Source: Paragordius varius
Taxonomy: Eukaryota; Animalia; Nematomorpha
Length of the DNA: 64,000 bases
NCBI GenBank assembly: GCA_964247055.1
Contig: OZ176053.1
Span: forward strand, 5,766,001 to 5,830,000
Reading direction: 5' to 3'
Every line of letters begins with the position of its first letter. Position 1 is the first letter of the stretch. Under the pieces are notes generated by a model. That model did no database searches, had not been told where the DNA came from, and saw only the letters and a program-made list of their open reading frames with translations. The position numbers and the translations under genes are program-made. Below, in pieces: positions 55,001 through 64,000 of this stretch.

Positions 55001-56683
55001 AAAAAGCAAAACTATCGTTTTTATTTAATGTTGGCTCAATTTTTACATTACCCTTAATTTGATCATTACCGTTTTTGTCATCCGAATAATTAGGTGCAGA
55101 AGTAGTAGTATTATCTTTTCCCAAAAAACTATTTCGATAAAATTTGGAATAAAACATTGCGTTACAGTTGTCATCTTTTTTCTTGGCACCATTTTCTGTT
55201 ACGTGTGAGTAAGCGATAGATGGGGCCGAAATAGATTGTGGCGGTGTGTCTGTGGGATCAAATATAGTTTTTTTGATACGGCCAGCCCGTCGTTTAACGC
55301 TAAAGAAACTGGAATGGAGTGTTTGTGATTCGGATTTTACATAAAGATCATGTCCGCTCCCGTGTGTCGAATTTGTCATGGTTGCATTTTGATTAGGAGC
55401 AAGATTATGGGCAGATGATGTATTCGTAATCATAGCGTTATCTGAGCCACAATTTTCTGCAATGAAAAACATGGAATCTGTTTCTGTCTTGACACTTGAT
55501 GACACACTATTACCATCTATATTGTGTTCAGCAGCAATGGTAAAAGGAGTACAATTTTTGTCATTATTAATGTTTCTACCAATCCTTTTTATGTGTGAAT
55601 CCATAACGTGCCCAAAAGTTGTGAAAAATGGATGGTTTGCAAAAATTTCAACTGAACTTTCCTTCTCCATGACCGCTGAAAGTTCGGTAAGATTGGTGGA
55701 GTTGAGAGATAGTGCATTCCGTTCATTCACAAATATATTATGTAAATCATCCTCCCTTATTTTAGGGGAATCGGATCCATCAACAGTATTATGTTTAGCA
55801 TCGACATTTTCAGCGCCTTTTACTTTGTTCTCACTTGCACAAAATGCGTCCAAAATGTATGTAAGTAAATCTTTGGTTTCTGACTCGGTATAAGCGATAA
55901 GGTTTTCCTATATATATATTGCAATGTTTTAAATCATAACAACTATTATTAAAAATAGACATTATAAAAATTGTCAAATGAAATATATGTATACCTCTGG
56001 ATCAAGCGGATTTTCCCGATAGAAATCACCCAACAAAGCCTTAGAACTAAAATTAAAATGTTGCCGTGAATTCAATTCGGAGATCCAATTGTAAGTCACT
56101 AAAAAGATATAAAAATATACATGTATATATATGATTATAATTTATGATTTCAAACCGTAGTCCTGAAGTATATTTGGCAAAATATGCTTTGCTAAATTAT
56201 AACCGTCTAATTATCCATCGTGTTTTACGCCAAAAAAACATTTTAAATATAATTTTTGATTTTTCCAATAATTATTTTTGGCCAAGACACAGTCCGCTTT
56301 AAAATCAATTTTTTAACAGTTTTAGGATTTACGCATGTACACTACTTATTTAAAGGTAAAATTTTAGATCATGGTGAAAAAAACTCTATTCGTGTATCTA
56401 CTTCTGTGAGATGATTCCATAAAAGCTCGAGCCTTATCAAGCCGATCCAAATATCTATCAACATCTTGGTACGATCTCAACTTTTTACCACATGGACTGA
56501 GGTATACGACTTCCCCCTTGATAGTTGCCTTCAGGCCCCGAACTAAATCCGCAGCACATGCTAACTCTTTCAATTGATCCGATGAGTTGTTATGGAATGT
56601 TAGTGGGTTAGAAAATAATCGGCGTATTTTTATCGATCTTATTATGGTTTTGCGCTGAAAACCTCCTGTATAAACATAATATA

Positions 56684-56714
<31 letters not shown>

Positions 56715-59700
56715 GTAAGCGGTAAAAATTTATTCATAAATTTTAAATAAAAAGAACAATTTAGTAATTAAAAAATTTAAACAATGTAAATAGTAAGCAT
56801 ATAATATAAAACCACATTACCTCCAAATTTTTTATCGAGAGGAACTTGACACAACTTGGTAGTATTATTTTTGGATTGTTGACTGTTTGACAATAAACTT
56901 ATGGATGTGGGAGGGGCGTCTAAATTTTTAACGGTTGACAAAGTTTTAGATCCATTCGTATTTGATTGGACAGATGCTGAAATATTTAATATGTCTTTAA
57001 TAATTTCAGAAGGACTTCCATTAGCGGCGTAGAGGTTAGGAGCATCGATATGATTTTTTGTTATTGGGGATTTTGGAGTATTAGAAGGGCTTTTCGAATC
57101 TTCAGTTAAGCCTTGGGTTTGCTGCAATTTAGTCAATAGATCTAGTTGTGATTTAATGTCCGCTAACAAAGAAACATGTTTGGCTGAATCTATGATATCG
57201 TTTCCAACGGTTCCTACATTCACGTCAGACAAATGATTATGGTGTTGTAAAATTGCTGCAGTGTAAGGTATACTTGGAGGCAAAACCATATGCTTTAAAC
57301 TGCCACGCTTTCTGCGTTTGGTTGGAGCACCTGTAAATAGAGGAATATCATAAAATAATTTTTAAAAATATAATTTACAGCCCCATTTACTTTAAAGAAA
57401 AATGACAAAACTTATTGCTAGTAGACTATGACAGTGATGATCGAAAAAATGTGACATACTTACAAAGCTCATGAGTTTAAATGGTTTAAAAGAAACATTC
57501 TGCAATCCCGCCCTCTATTTTAAAATTTAGTAATTAATTTAGCAAATATATATATGGACCTTTCGCCAAACGATTAATTTCTTCATCAATGACCAAATTA
57601 TCGAGGGGAGATCGCTCATTTGTTTCGTCGGTATTGAGTGAATGATTTTCACGTTTATGGCTTATGTAACCCTTAGTTTTAGGAAATTTACGTACAGTAT
57701 GTAACATTTCATTTTTGGGCTTGCGTTCCATAGTAAGGTGTGAAGTTTGATTGGAAACATTGGAATTCTCATCCGCTAATGTTGAGATGTTAGAAGTTGC
57801 AGTATTTTGTGACGCCGCTGATAGGAAAGGCATCAATAAATTAAAGGGAGGTGGAATAGGGAACATGGTGGCCGAGGAAGGATTGCTCATCAAAGGACCG
57901 GTGTTGCTTTGGTTAAATATATCAAGAAAAGAATTGGTACCATTGTTACTAAAGACATTATTTGTAAATATGGATGGGGGTAGGGGTGGTGGTTGCCCCA
58001 TTAAATTATTATTTAATTGTTGTCCAAAACTTTTTAATAAATTATTGAAATTATTATTATTATTATTATTGTTATTAACGTCAGTATTATTGCTGTTTGT
58101 CAAGTTAATGTTGTTATTTAACATGTGTAGATTGTTAAGGAGTGCTAAAGAATTCATAAAGTTTTGAGCATTAGCGTTATGACTATTGTTCAAATTTGGT
58201 AAAGAGGATGTTAAATTTTGTTGCAAAGCTAGCAAATTGTGTGGTGCGTTCGATGATTGATTCAATTGATTGTACAGTAGATTAGTTATATTATTTAAAT
58301 TTGTTGGATTAGGATTATTATTGTTGTTAAAATTATTGATAGTATTGGTAATGCTGTTTCCACCTTTAGATAAATTTAAGGCGGACAAATAGTCTAAACC
58401 TGTAATGTTTGATATTAGATGCGGCGGTAACATACTATTCAAAAGTTTTAATGTAGTTAATTCATCTTGAGACAAATTTTTTGTGTGATCGCTTTGATTC
58501 GCACCATTTATTATATGCAATGCATTCTCCAAATTTTTATTCGGCATGACATTTTCAATTTTTCCACCAAAGTTTGGGGATTTCGTTGAGGAAACTGAAA
58601 GTTGAGAGGCTGTTGGAAGCGATTGGTTTATGTGACCTAAAAATAGTAAAATATAGTGTAAATCATGAAAATCAAATATAAATATTAATGCTCGAATTAC
58701 GAAAACAAACACCGTTTATTAATAATAAAAATTTTCCAAAATCAAGCCTTTGCTTTTACACCGCGTAAAGATGACCAACTAATATACAGAGGTGTAGTCA
58801 TATTATTACAGGTTTAACTAGGAGAAGAGATCAGAAGAAGTCAGACTATTAATTTGATAAACTTTTGTTCATCTCACATTATACTGCAAACACACACAAT
58901 TTAAATCCACCAAAATATAGCGTTTTATTTGTATCATGTAATCATGTCGAATTTGCCTGAAAAACATCTGCGACACGGTTTGCCATTGGAAGAAAAGACT
59001 ATTGAAAGTTATCGTTTGGCACAAATATATGGTGAGTATGCTCTATCGTTTAATGCATGATATACACGGTTTCTAAGTATTAAAATTTGTTTATATGATC
59101 GAGTTCTGGTGGATCCCACTGCGAAAGTGATGTTCAAGAGTTATTGGAAGATGTGTCCGTTTAAGCATAATTGGCAGGGTTGCATGCATCACAAAAAAAT
59201 CAATAAATGTATGTGAGAAATAGAAAAGATTAATATCGGTAAATGGGCCTCAAACAATCGGAATAAAGCTCAAATCGAAAATCGCAATGTGATTTGTGAT
59301 ATCTTGATTCAAAGTCAGGAAATCATTTTTGCATTGGGACGGGTGAGGAGAAGTGGCCATTTTTTGTAAATCCAAAGCGGATAAAGCGTGGCTTTCACCA
59401 TTCTTTTCACTGTCGGTCAACACCTAGGCCAAATCGCTCCCGAAAGAAGACCATGATTTGTGTTTAAGGGACCAGAGCGGCGTTGTTTATCTTTTGATAC
59501 CCGTTGAAACCGTTAATACGCATTGCTTTCGCCAACAAATGCTCTATTTAACCATGCATTAATCGAACGATCGACCCAGATAACATGACAAAATGATTAT
59601 GCTGCATAACAATGCTCTTGCGCAGCAAAACCAGATTTAAATAGCTATGATGGGAGTTTTTTTGGCATCCGCGGAACTCCCCCGACCTGGCGCTATCTAA

Positions 59701-60329
59701 CTAATACAACTTCGCATCAATGGGGCACACCATCAGAACAACAATTCAATGATTTCGAAAAGTTGGAAAATAGTTCGACGAAAGGTTTGCCTCAAAAGTT
59801 AATCAGCAGCATTTATATATTACTTGAGTGTTGGGCGAAATGTGTAGAAGTCGATGTACTACTGTCTTTGTAATATAAATAATTGATTTCCTTTCAAAAA
59901 TAGATGTTTTGAGCAAAAAAACGAGATAAATTTATGACTACACCTGGTAGATGTGGACTCCCTTGAGTTTAATTACTATGAAAGTAGTGATTTTTTTTCT
60001 AATTTTTTATGGGTTTTAGCATCAATCACTGACTCTGGAGAACCCTTATATTGCGCTCATTAACAAAAACATTTTGACTAGTCAATTTCTGATTGTCCTA
60101 AATTAAATAATTGTTTTTGACTAAACTTTTTTGCGACAAATTTAAATAATTGATCAGAGAGTATACCATTAAAGTTAGGAAAAGCTCCGGAAAGCAGTGC
60201 GGGCGGCATTAAAAAGGGCAAACAATTCAGGAATTGATCAATATCTTGGCTATCATCATTTTCATCCTGTAAAAAATTATAAGTCTAATTTTTTTTCCAA
60301 ACATTGTTTAACATACACAAATTTTATCA

Positions 60330-60366
<37 letters not shown>

Positions 60367-61174
60367 ATATGTATGTAAAAACATTTCGTGTAAATACTTT
60401 TAACCTTGAAATTGTTAAATTAAAATAAAAAATTAAAGAAAAGACAAAAAAATAATAATTAAAATTAAGTTTACATAAGACATTAAAACTGCAACTTAAA
60501 AAATAAGTACTGATATATACAATTCTTTTAATGTATCAAATAAAATTTTATTAAAAAAATATATAATATTTTTATAATATCTAAAATTAAATTTCGTCTA
60601 AAAATTAGTATAATAAAATCAATTTTTTGACCTTGAACTTCAAAATCACATAAAATTTATATTATATATTTTTTTTCGTATTTATTATAAAAATAAAAAT
60701 ACTAAAAAAATATTTATTTATTTTTGTGACACAGAAAGCGTACAATTTTTTTGACATAAAATCAATTTTATACCTGTGCAACAAAATACATTGTAAAATT
60801 TATATTCGTCGTTTTTTATAATAATAATAATATTAATATTAAAAAATATATTGAATTACTTACTTACTATTGGGGGGTGATGCAAAAAAAAGACGAAATA
60901 GATGTAAATATTTGTTTAAGCGCCCCCTTAAATTTTTCACCTTTATATATAATTTTATATAATTTTTGTCATTTAAAGTCATTTTTTAAAACATAAAAAA
61001 ATATTTTTGACATTTAAACTAATATCATTCAAAAATATTTTTATTGAAAAATTTTAGAGTGAAAAATAATTGAGGTATTTACAACAAATGTATTTTTTTA
61101 GATTTTTTTGTGAAAAAATTATTGTGTTCGTTTTTAAAAACAAATATTCTAACAATATAATTAGCGATATTTAA

Positions 61175-61212
<38 letters not shown>

Positions 61213-61453
61213 GCTAATTATAATAAAATTTAAGATAAAAAAATATATATTATTTTATAAAAATAATTTCTTTAATAGAATATATAATAATAATAATAAT
61301 AGGCTCAGAGGTAAAAAGACGCGCATGCAATGCACATAAAAAAATAATTTTTTATTCAATTTTATTAATATATAATACAAAGGTAGAAAAATATAATATA
61401 ATTGTTTTATATTTATGTATATATGTTGAAGGTAAAGTTAAATTATATATTTT

Positions 61454-61494
<41 letters not shown>

Positions 61495-63626
61495 TTCTTC
61501 ATAAATAAAATTATTAGTAAATTTTTTGGAAAAACTTTTATATGTAGATTTTTTTCTTTATATAAAAACGCTTTGTGAGGTGCTAGCTATAATAAAAATC
61601 TACGTTAAATTAATTATATATATAATATATAATAAATTAAAATTTAATTAAAAATAAGTTACAACTCCCATTCATTTATTTACTTAAATATAATTTGAAA
61701 CTTTTTTTTCAAAAAATCATTTTTTACAGTGGTTTTGGTGATTTCAAAACTCTTTGATAAACTTAGGAATGTTATATATTAAATATCAAAAAAGCTCTGT
61801 CAATTGCAACTTTATACGAGCTCAAAATTATTATACCGCCTAATATGTGGTAAAAAACAAATGTTTTATAAAATACTAATCTTACAATTATATCCGTCCC
61901 ATCAGGAAGACCTTGATGTTGTAAACTTTTTTGATGTTTGACAAATTCCTTAAACTTTTGTTTGAAATCTGGATTTTTCCATGGTTCCAAAAAATCGATT
62001 GAATTGATTTGTGGAAAGGTAGACGGAGGCTCATTTTTATTTAGACTTATTTCGATTTCATTTATATTTTTGCCAACTTTATTATTCGAAAAACTTATAT
62101 TTTGATCAGTGTTGACATTTTTAGGGTTACTGTATGTTGTGGTGGTTGATGTTACAACAATCGCGTTATTTGCAACTGTCCCTATTGTAATTGGAATTTT
62201 AGGGACTTTAGGGGGTCTCCCTACCGATCTTTTAACAATAGGTTGTTGTGCATCAATTCCACCCTGAACAGCCGCTGGTTTTGCCTTTGAAGATTTGCCC
62301 TTTGTCCGGGAAATAGGCGATGAATTTCTGCTTGATTTTATGCCTATTTGAAAACACATATGAATAGATACTGTCATAAAATATTCCTAAAAATAATTGA
62401 GGTAAAAATGTATTTTTCAAAATATTCACCCATAATATATAACATTTACAGTTCAAATTCCCCCTTGAACAATTCAAATTTACCCTAAAATAAATAATGA
62501 GTTTTTTTCGGATTTAAAATTACCTTTATTTTTTAATATTTTTAAAATATGAAATTCTGTTTAAAATTAATATAATGCTAAAAAAATAATAAACTATGTA
62601 GTAAAAATTTATTTCATATTGATGATGAGTTATATTAGCCCAAAAACACAATATATTTAAGGTGAATTTTAATTGTTTAAGGCTGAGTTTAAATTGTAAA
62701 TGGTATATTTAAGGAATAAGGAGATGGTGGACATATTTAAATTGTTTGAAAAGCCTTTTATGTTTAAAATACGGGGCTTTAACCCATTTTCATCTTATAT
62801 TTTTATAACTAGAGCAATATACACAAATAAGAACTTATACACAAATAGATCCATATCAAAATTAAATTAAATCATTGACGTAATACTTTGTGGAGTAATT
62901 ATTTCTTTCGAATGCCTAATATCTTCATGATCTTGCGCTCTTTTAAGAGGATCAATATTTGTTACGGAAGAAAAGTTTTTAGGCACTTCATTTCGCATGT
63001 GATTGGTTATGGTTTCATTATTTTCTAAATTACCATTTCCCATGAAGTCTTGAGTTAATTTTTTGTAATTCGTATCGCTATTAATAGTCGGAGGAAGGTT
63101 AAATTGATTTGAAGATGTCGATAACATATTCATGGTTGAAGCCCAAAGGGCTAACGGGTCAAACGCATTCGCCGCCATTTTTTGCTGTACATCTTGGAAA
63201 GATGGTACAGGTGGAACTGGTGGGAATATACCTAAATATTAACCAATGAAAATAATTTTCCTACGCAAATCCATATAATAATTCTAGACTCTACACCATT
63301 AAAATTTTAAATAAGTTGCGTCTTTAATTGTAAAATTATAACTTAAAAACTAGAAAAATAGCTTTCTAATATTAATAATTGCAAAATTAACCCACCTGTA
63401 TTGTTTTGCTGAACAAATTGGAAAAATTTCATCATATCGAAATTTGAAGGATCCATAAATGACGAAAGGACAGTCGATGGGTCTTGAGAGCTGTTTAGAA
63501 CATTGGTCGTCCCCTCATTGCTATATCCAAGGTAAGGCTGATTAACCACGGACGAATTGGGGGATTTCTTAGATTTTTTCGGGTTTTTATTGCAGCTCCC
63601 TGGTGGGCGTCCTCTTGGCCTTTTTA
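49037..63626 (-). CDS. BAZ2B: BAZ2/Toutatis-like chromatin regulator (AT-hook, MBD/TAM, DDT, WHIM1-3, 2x PHD); 5' end outside the window
   Basis: Exons (minus strand): 63626-63396, 63230-62887, 62343-61886, 60266-60167, 58636-57560, 57330-56821, 56665-56402, 56098-55995, 55907-54879, 54727-54485, 54382-54271, 54183-53714, 53601-53467, 53373-53186, 53083-52543, 52451-52325, 52231-52013, 51877-51729, 51641-51496, 51367-51152, 51084-50835, 50755-50666, 50569-50513, 50427-50309, 49898-49037. Motifs: [24 protein letters not shown]...FNFSSK..LGDFY (MBD), [18 protein letters not shown] (DDT), [16 protein letters not shown]...[21 protein letters not shown]...[15 protein letters not shown]...GDWYCYSC and CSIC...CDKC...FHE.C...WKCPIC. 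A few donor sites were chosen on phase compatibility. Confidence 0.9.
58787..59947 (+). mobile_element. Decayed mariner (Mos1/mauritiana-like) copy 3, inside a BAZ2 intron
   Basis: TA|CAGAGGTGTAGTCATA ... TTTATGACTACACCTGG|TA gives TIRs with a TA TSD. Peptide remnants are [37 protein letters not shown] and FASMGH. Confidence 0.9.
62442..62703. mobile_element. Family A MITE in a BAZ2 intron
   Basis: TA|ACATTTACAGTTCAAATTCCCCCTTGAACAATTCAAATTTACCCTAAAATA ... TATTTAAGGTGAATTTTAATTGTTTAAGGCTGAGTTTAAATTGTAAATGG|TA, i.e. TIRs of about 55 bp. Confidence 0.75.
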
Positions 63627-64000
63627 CTATACAGAAGTTATGAAAAATTTAATTTTAAAGGGCATAGGTTTAATTTTCACACGAAATATAAATGTAATTT
63701 TTATAAATTTTTGCAGTTCCCTATTTTATAAATATATAGATGAGGAAAAAAAATTATAAAGGAAAAAAATGATCGGAAAGGTATATGGGGCTTTTTATTT
63801 ATACAATCGAAATAGTACAAAACATCTAAAAATTTATGCTCAAAGCAGATCTCACTAGATACATAAATTTCTTTAATATCCTGTAAATTACAGTAAAAAT
63901 ATAAATTATACAGACAAAACGTAAAAATTAAAAGGAATATTTTTATTAAAAAATCTTCATACTTTTTCAAACCTTGAATTTAATTATAAAACTATATAAT

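Noticed and set aside
53886-60403. Plus-strand ORFs at 53886, 55462, 57751 and 60197
   Set aside because: They are antisense shadows of BAZ2 exons; the Leu/Val runs mirror Asn/Thr codons.

Overview
Very AT-rich genomic DNA from an intron-rich animal. It is not prokaryotic: I saw no operons, CRISPR arrays, rRNA or tRNA. Spliced genes reconstructed by hand: (1) a 21-exon secretory-pathway Ca2+/Mn2+ P2A-ATPase (SPCA/ATP2C1/PMR1) on + at ~10.8-27.3 kb, with several lineage-specific insertions and a ~230-aa C-terminal tail; (2) a C8orf82/UPF0598 homolog on - (31747-32483) that can only be translated if two GT-AG introns of just 23 and 21 nt are spliced, whereas every other intron I could map here is about 70 nt or longer (the most striking observation); (3) two tandem paralogs of an unrecognised small 8-cysteine, probably secreted protein (35.8-40.3 kb, +); (4) a divergent two-exon class A 7TM receptor (-); (5) a 5'-truncated BAZ2/Toutatis-like chromatin gene (-, 49.0-63.6 kb) with AT-hooks, MBD/TAM, DDT, WHIM and two PHD fingers, but no visible bromodomain. 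The rest is decayed mobile DNA: non-autonomous Helitrons, TA-flanked foldback/MITE families, a TTAA MITE, three Mos1-like mariner relics, an RTE-like LINE fragment, and a Penelope-like element in an SPCA intron. The Penelope-like element is interrupted by inverted Ty3/Gypsy fragments and is followed by a degenerate hammerhead-ribozyme motif. One 200-N assembly gap has fold-back duplicated flanks. All calls rest on manual translation and motif recognition; no database searches were run.
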